Assembly: GCA_030167865.1 (NCBI GenBank)
Contig: JALAGF010005512.1
Span: 1-64,000 of the forward strand
Source: Craspedostauros australis
Taxonomy: Eukaryota
Length of the DNA: 64,000 bases
Reading direction: 5' to 3'
A model generated the notes under the pieces. The model made no database searches and had not been told where the DNA came from. It worked only from the letters and a program-made list of their open reading frames with translations. Each line of letters begins with the position of its first letter. The stretch's first letter is position 1. Position numbers and translations under genes: made by a program. Shown piece after piece: positions 44,781-56,492 of the stretch.

Positions 44781-46738
44781 ATGGCGTACAACGAAGACTC
44801 GTCAGCGTCTGGCCACGATGAACCTTGGATTCAATGGTATGTTTGTCGTCGATCAAAATACGGAAAGGAGACGAATGAAATCACCAGAGTGATGGGTGTG
44901 TTGTCTGTCGAAAACTGCTACCAGGGAATCAACGTGAAGTACGAGCACCATTGGAGGACTTTAACACTCATCATGCCATGAGAAGGATGCAAGATGCAAT
45001 TGCAGGGACCCTCGCTCAGGTCCACCCCCAAATGATTGGGAAACACGTTGAAAGCGATGTACCAAAACCCGACACCATATGTTGTGCCATCACCAGTCCA
45101 CCTCCTCTTCTCTTCTCTCACCATGCTCTTCACACCTTCCCATCACGACTCTGCGCAACATTAACAACGACAACAACAACTTCACCATCGCACAACCAAT
45201 TCCAATGGCAGGTTCTGCGGCTTGAAGGGACATGAGATGTTTTGCGAGGTCGAACGATCATACATCGAGGACGGGTTCAACCTGTACGGGCTGAGAGGCA
45301 ATGTGTCAAACTTTTCGGATTGCCTTGATCTCATATTAGATCGCATCGGACCAGATGACTCTGATGATTCCCACCTCACGCAGAACGCATGCACGCTGTA
45401 TGGTCTCATACATGCGCGTTACATAATAACGGCACATGGTCTGGACGCGATGTACAACAAGGTAAGTGCGCAGCGCAGCGGTCAATGCAAGGCGCGACAA
45501 GACAGCCCTCCGAGGAATTAGTTCATGAGGAGACCACGAGAGCTTGTGTTCCGTGCCGTCGATCCGACAGACCCATCAATCGATCGATCGGTGAACTCAC
45601 ACACGCACGCAGCGAACAAGAAGCTCCTCGTGCTGTACTCCGGCCGCTATCAGCAACACTGTGCACCCTTTGTCCTTCAGCATATCTCACACCATTCTGT
45701 TGTCCTTCATATCCATGATCGCATTCATAATCATTTTGCATCCCAATGCCGCAACACAATCTCGATGCAAACTGTTGCATGTATCTCGATTGGCTTCGTT
45801 GGCTGTTCGTTGCGACCTTGGCCAATGCACACATTCGGACACATCCTGACTGCACTTGAATTCAACTGAACTGGACTGGGTTACTTTGAAACTCTGTGCG
45901 CATCTGCATGTTTGCGTGGGATGAGCAGTATGCCGCCAAAGAGTTTGGGACGTGCCCGCTGGTCCAGTGCTCTGGCCAGCCGGTTCTTCCAGTTGGGTTG
46001 AGAGATGAGATGGGAGCAGACACTGTCAAAATATTCTGCCCGAAATGCCAATGCGTCTACCACCCACCTCCCGTGAGATCACGCAGCAGCCATCATGGTG
46101 GTGCAGGAGCCGCAGGCGTCGATGGGGCGGCGTTTGGCACCACCTTCCCGCATCTATTCCTCATGACGTTCAACAACCTCGTGCCGGACCGATTGCCCCA
46201 GAACTCCACCTACGTGCCACGTGTGTTTGGATTCCGCGTCCACATGTCCGCCAGACAACGCGCATCGAGCACATCGGCGACAACAGCCGGTTCGACGAGA
46301 CAAAGAAACGACGTTTCGAGAAACATGAACCTCACCAGGAGAAGCAACGAGGCCAATGGCCGCGAGTTGCAGGACAGGAGGTCGAGGGATGCTGTTGGCA
46401 ACGGTAACAGGGCTGCGCCTGCACCTGCAGCAGCGGGAGCTCCGTCGACGGTTGTGCCGGCAGGTCAGACAGGTACAACCGAGACACAAAACGTCGCCGA
46501 TGCGGTCCAACAGGCGACCGCCAGGAATGAAAGTCAGGCTTCGAGAGTTATGAGAGCGCCGGCGGAAGGCGCCTCGGTTCCGAAGGAGGAGGACGGGTCG
46601 AAAAAGTCCAAGGCGGGGAAGAGACGGACTGATGATAGCGGCAGCAAGAAGTCAGATAGCAACGGCGCAGCACAGGACGGATCATCCAAGCGCCGGCGGA
46701 GGGATAACGGCGGCAATGGACCAGAGGCCGCAAAGTAA
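44781..46738 (+). CDS. CSNK2B: Casein kinase II beta subunit; exons 44781-44836, 45212-45461, 45929-46738; about 371 aa
   Basis: WIQWFCGLKGHEMFCEV, FNLYGL, LYGLIHARYI, zinc finger CPLVQC..CPKC, DGAAFGTTFPHLF, PRVFGF. Introns splice in phase. Confidence 0.95.
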
Positions 46739-48236
46739 AAGGCCTTAGGCGGTTGTCAGGATGAGAGAGTATTGGTACACTCTAGAGGAGCGACAGCGAA
46801 GGACGGGGATGGGAGTCTCGCGAACAGGAATGCGGATGCGCAAATGGATGCGTGAGCAAGATGATGTACTACCACCTCCCAATGCGATGCGTCATTCTCA
46901 CCTTGATCCGATGCGACCTGCGCACCCATACCCAACTCAGAAGCGCAACCAACGGCAGCCAGAGCACCGAAAGTGGTACCGAGATGGATATGAAGATTGA
47001 AAACACCTAAAGCTGAACAAAGTGGACCCTACGCGCATGATGCCACGCATCTCCTCCTTTTCGCAAGCCACGCGCAGCCAGCGCCGCCGCTATCGCCAAC
47101 ACCATCATTGCGACGTGAGCGTGTACAGCCAACGACAAGGACAATGACAAGGACAACGAAAGCTAACCACAACAAGCTCCTCCTGTACCACACTCGTACG
47201 TACGACAATACCAAACACTCCGCTGCCAATCCCAACGTCGATGATTTGGAAAGATCACCGAGTACGAACACCACATGACCGAGTTTCTTTCCTTAACAAG
47301 CGACAAGGCTCAGTCAGTGCGTGCTGTTGCCAGCTTGCTGAGATTGTACATACCACATGGAGTAATAGTATTACTAGTAAGTCTACCCCATCTCAAGATG
47401 AACCGATTCATGGTCTGCGGTGTCCCTGCGCAAATCTCAGAGCGCAACGAACGAAGAAGGCAACAGCAGTGAATCGAGTGGACGACAACAACGGCGGGCT
47501 TCCATTTTCTGTGATAGTCGTACATGATTGGTGTTGTGGACCAGCTTTCGATTCATACACACTCGTATCACGCATCATGTCCATGCTCACGTCGGCGTCG
47601 ATGTTGATGTCGTCCAGCCACTGATTTGGTTGATTGGATGGGGGAGATGAGAACCCATTCTGGCGGGGAGCAGAACGCACGGCTTTGGAGTCGTGAGCGA
47701 AAACTCAAGAAGACGACACACGCGCCCACAGCAATCCATGACCGAACCGCAATTATGACTGAAAAAAGATCTGCTGTCGCTGCGTGGAGTATCCACGTTC
47801 TCTCATCACGTTCCTTTCCGCGCTGTGTTCCCAAACAAATTTCAATCTTGTTCGTTCAACCAACCAGAAACGCTAGCGAGTTTCCGCGCGAATAGCTATT
47901 CTGCTAATTCAGTACGTGCAACCGCAGCAGCTGAGAGGCACCCCACCAGAATCACCCAACAGCACATCAGGCAAGAAACATTGCCGCCACAACTGTCACC
48001 ACCTTCGCCACCTTCGCGCTTGGATGAGACAGTGCCAGTGGACGATCACACCTTGCACTGCTTGCACGATCAGCCAATCCATTGATTCATTGATCCATTC
48101 ATCAGTGTGTAGTATTCTATTATACATACCCCACTGCTAGGTTCTATTGTATAACACGTTACATATTATACACAATAGCACAAGCATAGTATTGACACCA
48201 ACTGCGCTCGGACCCATCACCGCGAATTGACACAAG

Positions 48237-50054
48237 ATGGGCAAGAAGAAGCGCGACGCGGAGTACTTTGGCGCCATCCTGAAGGACTGCCAGGAGCTGT
48301 GCTACGGCAAGGCCCCGTCCATCAAATCCAGCCACCGCAAGTCCTTCGTGGAGGCCTGCGAGCTGTACCATGATGCCTGGGTGGAGCGCAACGCCGCGGC
48401 AGGCGAGCTGGAGGCTCTGTCCGCAGCAGGAGGCTCGGAATCGGACATGGACGACCTGCAGGACAAGATCAACCAGAAGAGCAAGACTTTGGAGAAGGCC
48501 ATGCGGAAGGCCATCAAGGCCGCCAACAAGATCTTCGAGAACCTGGACCTGGCCAAGAGCGAGGCGCTGGAGGAGTCCATCCTCAAGGGCAGCGTGGTGC
48601 TGCAGGCCACGCCGCAGGGCCTGGCCAGCTTCTGCGCGCAGGAGAAGGTCAACGGCAAGCTCATCGACGCGCTGCTGGGCACGCCCGACCTCATGAAGGA
48701 GATGGTCTCCGCCGGCGGCGCCAGGGGCGGCAACTACGGCGCGTGCATGAAGATCTACACCAGGATCATGGCCAGCATGCAGGACGTGGAGGACGACTTC
48801 ACGGAGGTCAACAAGAAGCTCGCCATGGCCATCGCGCTGGAGCTCTCCGTCCCCATCTACGAGTTCGACACCAAGATCGAGGTCGACCCCCTCAAGCGGT
48901 ACCAGCACTACGACGCCGCCCATCGCAACGGCGAGCTCGATCCCGCCTTCCCCAACTTCACGGTCTGGGAGATGAGGCACATCGTCAACTGCGACGCCGC
49001 CGACGAGCAGCTCAAATGGGGGAGGGACTGCATATTCGCCTACGCGCCATACATCACCACCGTCGTCGATCCCAAGTGGCGCTATCTCTACATCCTCAAG
49101 TCGGACGTCCTCACGCGCCAGCCATCCTGGACGAGCAGCCCACGCACCTACCAGCAGGTGCTCTCCGGCGGGGGCAAGGACGCGCCCAACGCGTGGTTCG
49201 GTCGCTTCGTTTGCAAGACCTTCGGCATCCCCACGTGGGGCGCCAAGCAACCGGGCCGCGTCGGGTTGGCGAGGTGGACGCCCACCGGCTGGGAGCCCAT
49301 GCTGGGCATCGACTGGGATCTGTGTTACTGGGAGGAGGAGTCCGGTATCGACTTCAAGGGCGAGGTGGATGCCAGGGCCGCCACCACCACGGACGAGTAC
49401 TACGTCATGCTTGTGCTGCTGGAGTGCCTCGCCGACATCCTGGACTCGCGCCGCGGATCCACGCCGGATGACGAGAAGGGTGTTCTCAACCCGCACCGCG
49501 TCTGGAGGTCCTTGGCCATCATCAAGAAGGCGCTCATGCTGCAGCCGGCGTCGCCGGAAGCCTTCCAGCGCGATCAGCAAAAGCTCGTGGAGGCCAAGGT
49601 GGATCAGTACCTCGCCGCCTTCGAACGCGATGCGCCTCCCGGCCCGATCCGATCCGACAAGAAGGGCGTCATCACGGTCCCCGCCACGTCATGCGGCTTC
49701 AGCTCCGATCTCGTCATGGCCATCGCGAGCGCCGACGGCAAGAAGCAGCTCAACTTCCTTTCGGATGGATACGCCGAGTACGAGCTGCCCGACGAGCTGC
49801 CGCCCGACATGAACTACAAGTTCAAGCTCGAGCTCTGCACCGTGCACCTCAAGCAAAGTCCGTTGGGGATCAGCGTCGATGAGGGCACCAAGACGCAGCC
49901 GCAGCTATTCAAAATTCCATACACCATCGGCGAATGGAAGCTGGTGGAGCTGGGCCAGATACAGGCCAGCGGTGGTTCCATCATCAAGCTGTCCCGTCCC
50001 AAGCCATCTTACGGCCTGGCCATCAAGAGGATCGTGTTGGAGCCAACGTCGTAA
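48237..50054 (+). CDS. Uncharacterised 605-aa protein, possible transglutaminase/papain-like fold with degenerate active site and a C-terminal beta-rich domain
   Basis: Intronless ORF with strong C/G third-position bias. Motifs ELDPAF..WEMRHIV and GGGKDAPNAWFGRF..FGIPTWG..QPGR. Confidence 0.8.
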   Translation: MGKKKRDAEYFGAILKDCQELCYGKAPSIKSSHRKSFVEACELYHDAWVERNAAAGELEALSAAGGSESDMDDLQDKINQKSKTLEKAMRKAIKAANKIFENLDLAKSEALEESILKGSVVLQATPQGLASFCAQEKVNGKLIDALLGTPDLMKEMVSAGGARGGNYGACMKIYTRIMASMQDVEDDFTEVNKKLAMAIALELSVPIYEFDTKIEVDPLKRYQHYDAAHRNGELDPAFPNFTVWEMRHIVNCDAADEQLKWGRDCIFAYAPYITTVVDPKWRYLYILKSDVLTRQPSWTSSPRTYQQVLSGGGKDAPNAWFGRFVCKTFGIPTWGAKQPGRVGLARWTPTGWEPMLGIDWDLCYWEEESGIDFKGEVDARAATTTDEYYVMLVLLECLADILDSRRGSTPDDEKGVLNPHRVWRSLAIIKKALMLQPASPEAFQRDQQKLVEAKVDQYLAAFERDAPPGPIRSDKKGVITVPATSCGFSSDLVMAIASADGKKQLNFLSDGYAEYELPDELPPDMNYKFKLELCTVHLKQSPLGISVDEGTKTQPQLFKIPYTIGEWKLVELGQIQASGGSIIKLSRPKPSYGLAIKRIVLEPTS

Positions 50055-50526
50055 AGTCCACTCATGGTTGCCTGGCTGCCCGGCAGCCTGCATTTGTACC
50101 GCCATACTCGTACGTCATGGTGCGGTTGGAGCACGTCAGCCTTTGATACGGAACATTGTCACAACCACCACCGCACTACATTACGAGCGTATCTCTTCGT
50201 TTTTGCATACAAAATATGTGCTTCACTCTACTGGCAATATTGCCATTGCTAGTAAGAGCTAGAGGACACACTTTTCTTGCACATAACTTTTACTACCACA
50301 AATAATTGAAACGAGTTGACAAAGGAACATTGACCTACGGACTCGTGCTCATCGGATCTGTGATAATTCGAGAGTACAGGTATGCCAATGCATCCGTACG
50401 AGAGAATCATTGTGGGGCATCTGTTCAACACGCAACACGTTGCAGACGGTGAGGTGACAGCTCATTGGAGTATCTTGGCCTGTTCTATTACTCCATTCTG
50501 ACTTTGGAGAGCACGATGCTGATGCC

Positions 50527-53042
50527 TCACACCACCAGCGCATGTTCATCGTATGGCACATCATGCAAAGCATCACGTCGCTGGTTGTCACACGTAGCCG
50601 CTCCTTCTCCAGCTGCTTCCGACGCCATGGTCGACATCGCAGATTTCGGTCTTGTCGTCTGCATCTCCACTTCACCGCCGCCGAATTCAGCATGGTCTTC
50701 CTGCGAGGACCTCGGACAATCGGTGCGTTCGTACGGAGACCACCTCGCGGATACCCTCATGAATATCAGCGTATTGAGCAGCATGAGAGTCGCGCAAACA
50801 GCCAGGACGATCTTCAAGTTGAGGAAGGTGAACACGCTGGAGTACAGGGCCGCGCCCAAGACATCGCCCATCGACGTCATGCTCAAGTACAGCGCAAGGA
50901 TGAGCACCTGCATATTGTCGGGCGCCTGCGCGTACGCGAATTCCAACCCTGTCACGTTGACGAAGATCTCGGCGATCGTGATGATGGTGATTTGCGGCAC
51001 CTGCCAAGCAACGTGCACTGAGGATGGCGGCTGGCTTTGGATGTACACTTCCAGCACGCTGCTCGCCGCGAACGACAGCGAGGCGATGTACATGCCGTAC
51101 TTTATCCGCGACGTTGGGGATATGTCCCAGTCATGATTCTCCATGAACGGATACACGATCTGGTCAAAGAGCGGGATGAAGATCATGATCTCGAGCGGAT
51201 TCAATATGTTCAGCTCCTCCGGTTCCAGACCGTGCAGCGCCATACGGCTTGCTTGCAAGATCCCTGCACCAGTACGATATACAATAGAGTAGAGTAGAGT
51301 AGATGCAAGTCAAGAGATAAGTGAGGGATGCAGCAGCAGTCAATACCAATACGCATTATACGTAGTATGCAGCAAAAGTGTAGTATCAATGAACAACCGT
51401 AGAGTAGAGTAGCTCAACAGTGCGATTGCCAAGGGAGGAGACAAAGAAGTGATTGAGCCCATTCATGATGATTGTAGCAATACCATTGTGAGGTCTGCGA
51501 GATATCAGCACATTGCATGTCGAGCACGAACGCAAACAAGTGTACCAGACAACTTCGAATTGCGGCTTGGGCCGGACGACATCCTGCACGGGGCCTCCAT
51601 CTCGTCTACTTACATACGCTCCCCTGCTGGTCGTACAGCATCCAGAACATGGGAAAGAGCAGCATGATCGGCAGCAAGTGCACAATCTGCCTGGCATCTT
51701 CATACACCTTTGATTGTTTGCACAGTGCATCTCCATGTGAAACCTCTTCGCTGTGCTGCAACGTCTGTGCCTGCGTTTGTTCTTGCGTTCTTCTTTGCAA
51801 CTGCATCATGACAGTGTTGTCATTGCTGCAATCAGTGTCTGCGCAATCGGCCCCGCCCTGTTGGTGACCCCCATTATGCGTGACATCTGCTTTGCCGGTC
51901 TGGTCACCCTGAGGCTGAGTCACTGCAGCAGACTCCCCATCGCTGCCAGCTTGCTCCTTGTCATTGATGTGCGGCGCGAACAACGTCTGCTGAGATTGGC
52001 CGCTTCCTTGATTGATGGTGGATGTGCTAACCTGGGAGTAAGCAGCAGTCCGTCCTCTGCTCCGCAGTTTCTCCAGCAGGACATAAGCGCATGCCTTGAA
52101 TGTGTCCCACAACGACGGCGTCTCCGCAACTGCAGTGAGGGAGGCATCTTCATCACCAACACCACTGTCCTGTCGAACAAGCTCTTTCGACGCTCGCTCT
52201 TGCGCGTTGGAGTGCTTGTAATGGCGTTTCTGCGAACCAAAGATGGCGAGAGCGAAAACCATGAAGACGGTCGGAACAGAGAATGCCATTCCGTATCCGA
52301 AATGTTGCTTGACGATCGGAATGACGGCGAAGGATGCGAGTGCACCGACGTTGACGCAGAAGTAGAATGAGGCAAAGTAGAGCCGCAGGTGCTCTTCCTC
52401 CTGCTTGGCCGCATCAACGCATTCGATCTCATCCTGGAAGGTTTCAGCTTGCACATTTGTGTGTTCAATTGGTGTGACGAGGCAGCCTTCACGTTCGCCG
52501 TTGTCGTCATTGCCATTGCAATTCTCATTGATATCGTCAGCATTGTCAGCATCCGTATCATCTTTGACTGTGATCTGATCAGCACCAAAGGCGGAAACGC
52601 AGGGCTTGATGCCACCCGTGCCCGTGCACACCAACAGCAAACCGATGAAGCTGAGGAAACGTTCCAACGCCAACGACTGCGCTTGTGCTTGCGATGCGTC
52701 CTGACCGTCACCGCCTCCCAGATCCATCTGACTCTCCGCAGAGTACGCCCCTGCGGTAAGAAGGCAGAGCCCGAACGCGTACATCCAGCCGAAGTTCCAG
52801 ATCGTGCGATACCGCCCCCAGGCGCCATCCGCGAGCAGCGCCCCCAGAACGGGCGACAGGTAGGCGATGGCGCTCGTGACGCCGAACATGGAGACGGATT
52901 GGTTGTCGTTGTATCGCAGGGCCTCGGAGAAGTAGAGCACCAGCACGGCGCGGAAGCCGAAGAAGGCCACGCGCTCCGCGGTCTCCGTGAGCAGGATGGA
53001 CAGGATCAGCCTGCGCTGCTTGGCGGTCATGCCTCGGAACAT
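50527..53042 (-). CDS. POT/PTR (NPF) proton-coupled peptide or nitrate transporter; exons 53042-51614 and 51263-50527; start uncertain
   Basis: ETAER (ExxER), GALLADGAWGRYRTI, GTGGIKPCVSAFGADQ, FYFCVNVGAL, EFAYAQAP. Splicing GTAAGT..TGCAG restores YDQQGSVWILQA. The ORF-track start at 53063 is GTG. Confidence 0.92.
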
Positions 53043-56000
53043 CCTTGCGCGTGCGTCTTCCACCCAAGGTCGATCGGGCAGCGCTGAGAATGCTGTTCGA
53101 CCTGTGCGGTATCAGCCTCAATTGTACCAGTCGTCGTATGGTATCTGCAACGGCTTGTGGTTCTTGCTCCCATTCGTCTTGTTGCAGGTGCTGGGTCACC
53201 AGTTGTGAGCGCAGACGGACATGAACAGCAAGACCAACCGACAACGCGTTGCACAGCACCATGGGTGGAAGAACTGCAGTGTTTTCTCACAGAAGTGTGT
53301 CCACCTCTGCGGTATGCACGACTTCTGTGGTCGTATCGGTCAAACTACGACTGCGCCACAGGACTGAAATGAGGATTCGTGACTCGCAGTTTTCGAGACG
53401 TGGGCAAATTGAAAATGGCTGTTCGGCAATCACGACAAAGCTTTCGCCAGCGTGTTGTGCCATCGCCACAAACTGTGACCTCCTCGTGTGAACACATCCC
53501 GTCGTTTCGCACGATGACAACAGAGAGGTGGAACAAACAGCTCAACGGGTGCGGGATCAAGCAAAGTAGAGTAGAGTTGAGGAGGTCGTAGAGTATGGTA
53601 CTGATACTCATCTCGCAATGACTGCACTTCTCCCATCATGATGGAGAGACGTCGAGAGCGACGATGGCGATGACAATGCCGATACAGCTGAGGAACGGTG
53701 GAGAGAACAATGAAGAAGGAGGAGCAGATGGCGAAGAAGACTCCACTTCTCTTTGGTTGCCCCTTTTGTCAACGATTGAAGCAGAAGATGTAGCACAAAT
53801 CTGGGACACCGACATGGCGAAGACGGAGATGGGGTCGGAAACGACATGAGTTGGGACAGCTGTGGGTGGTCGCGTGTTTCCTTCGACTCGTACCATGCCA
53901 GCTGCGAATAGGTAGTGGCGAAGCATGATGCGGGACAACATCGGCGCCAACATCGACAGGGCAATGAACATTCTTAGGTCAATAGCGACAGCGACATCAA
54001 CAGAAGAGACGCCAACAACTGCAGCCGCAGCTGCTGCAAGTCAACAGAGCAGTGCGACTGATGAAGCCAATGTTCTGTGGATACCCAGGTTCATGCATCT
54101 GTCTCCGACTCCATCTGGTCGTTCTTGTTCCTCGTCCCCCTTGGCTTCAGCCGTGGATTGTTATACCAAGAAGGGGTGTTGGTTCTGCAAGAGCACAGGA
54201 GATGTGTGAGGGCTATCGCCAAAGCCAACAACCCATCTGTTTTTGTGGCTTAACAACGGCTGTCTGTGCCGGCACGTGTGTGCGTGTCTGCGTGTGTGTC
54301 GCGGTTGTCTCCTTGTCGCGGTTGCCCCCTCACACAGTTGCATCACAACCGCTGTCGCTGCTCTGTCCCCCTTGTATCCACAAATAGATAGCGCCTGCAC
54401 CTCGCAGACAACAGAACGAAAAACCGCGGCCTGTGCATGACCATGCGAGCAACGTACGCCATCCTTCGTTGTGGCCTGCGTTTGCGAGGAATCTCGCAAT
54501 CCTGGCTCCATGCCCATGTTGGTGCGAATTCTTTGCAACGATAGCCAAGGTCGATTCGTACATGCGATGTGCGGAATTCGGAAAGCCGCCTGACGCCCTT
54601 CCTTCTTGAGAACACTGCGCGTCCCAAATTGAGTGAAGTCATCCCTGGGATGATGCACGATCAGAGGAGGCAAGGAGCGACAGAAACCTTCGCATCGCCA
54701 AGTGCAATGGACGGATGCCACAAGGTGTCGTCATTCTGGGATCGATGATAGCGTCTTGAGCAAAAGGTGTACTTGTAGGATGTGGAGTATGGTGGCAGTA
54801 TACTGGTGGTATAATAGTATGCTCGTGAAGATCTCACCATACTCTCTCGAGTGCGCTCGAAGCTGCAGTGGTTTGAGGCGACCGCCATCAGCTCCTGCTG
54901 CTTGTCCTTTTGCGGTTGGGACGATGGAGGCGGTCGGGGGCTTTTTGGTGCTACCCTTCAAGACAAACTGCGGACAAGAAGAGAGTCTTCTTCGCAATTC
55001 TGCTCTCCTTCCTATCGGTATCTTTGACTCTCTGGAATAATAGGAACAGCCACGCAAGAGCATTCGCGACGTCGCAATCGTATGAATTGAAATGAATGCG
55101 CAGATTGATGCGGATTTGTTTCTTCAGCGCAACCGAACTCGCGATGGATTGGACACTTCACTCAGTTGCGTGATGCAGTGATCATGGCGACCTCATCCGT
55201 TTCCGGGGCCATGATGTTCCTCCGATCTTCAATCATCCAATGTGCATGTGCCCAATCTGTCATGTATTGCGAGCTATTGTATGCTTCTTCCTGTTTGTTC
55301 TCGCCCTGCCCAGGTGAGGAAGATCGCACCATCCGCATCGCAGGAAGCTGCGTCGCTTCCTTTGGTTGGCTGAGTGAGTGGTTTGGCGAATTTGGCAAGA
55401 TCGGCCAAAACGAAAAAGGAGAAGCACGAAGTGTGGTCACAGAACCTTGCCGCCTGCTTCCGTGAGCTTTTGGTTGCGTTATTTCTCGTTGGCGCGACGA
55501 GGTTGGACAAACAATTTGGTGGGACAACGGTCATTTTGCCACGATTGGGGCGTACCATTTGTGATTGCCTGTCCAGTGTTGGTCGTCGTTTCGGCAACCT
55601 TGGCACAAAACAACGAGCATGGGCTGTTTTCGTCGATTGTGAACTCACCCGCCGGGCCCGTGTTCTCACCGCATGTCGCAGATGCCGTCATCCACACGAA
55701 GAAGCTGGTTGTGGCGTGTTATGTGCTGACGTGGAATGGCGGAATGACAAATGATTGCGCATTTTGACGGAAGTTTCCGCCTTCTTGGCCGAAGTGATTG
55801 GCACGAACGAGCAGAACTCGTTCGAGGCAGTTAAACGAGCCTGCGCTTAATTAAGGGTGATGCGACATTTGGGAGATGCGTTATTCACACGACCACACAT
55901 GCTGCCCGTGCGGCAAGGAAGCAAGAAACAAACAGGCAGGTGCGACACACGCCAAGAATTGGAGCGTGGCACAGGAGAGCTGAGTAGAGTTGGGAGTAGT

Positions 56001-56232
56001 CGTACAAAACACCCCACGCTGTTGCTCGCACGAGTGTTTTGCGCTGAGAGAAGATGGCAACCGGTGTGGGGAAAGCCAACACACCAGAGTGCACCGCTTC
56101 TCTCAACACCACCTGTTCCATCGCCATCGTCAACTCAATCCGGGAGTGTCCACAAGAGAGAAGGAGAGGACCAACACGACGAAGGGTTGCAGAGTGTCAC
56201 AAGGGAGTGCAAAGTGTGCATATCCCCGCAGC

Positions 56233-56346
56233 CATACCCACATCCACATCCACATCCATACCTTCTCCAACAAATACACAAACACAAACACAAACACAAA
56301 CACAAACACAAACACAGATCATACACAACCAAGCAACCAAGCAACC
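56233..56346 (+). repeat. (CATCCA)n, (CACAAA)n and (CAACCAAG)n simple repeats in a gene leader
   Basis: Read directly. Confidence 0.85.
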
Positions 56347-56492
56347 AACTCCAATCTTCTTGCTCCAAGTGCTGCTCTTGGACATAAAACTCAACCAAGC
56401 AACCTTCGGATGGATCACAGGCGCAACGAACACATCAACGACAGCATCAGCAACCACAACAGCAGCAACCGCATTCGGCATCATCCAACAGA

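Noticed and set aside
48159..49580. 473-aa antisense ORF
   Set aside because: Shadow of a gene with strong C/G third-position bias.
54330..55770. Several ORFs of 75-186 aa
   Set aside because: No recognisable domain or splice model; could not be assigned.
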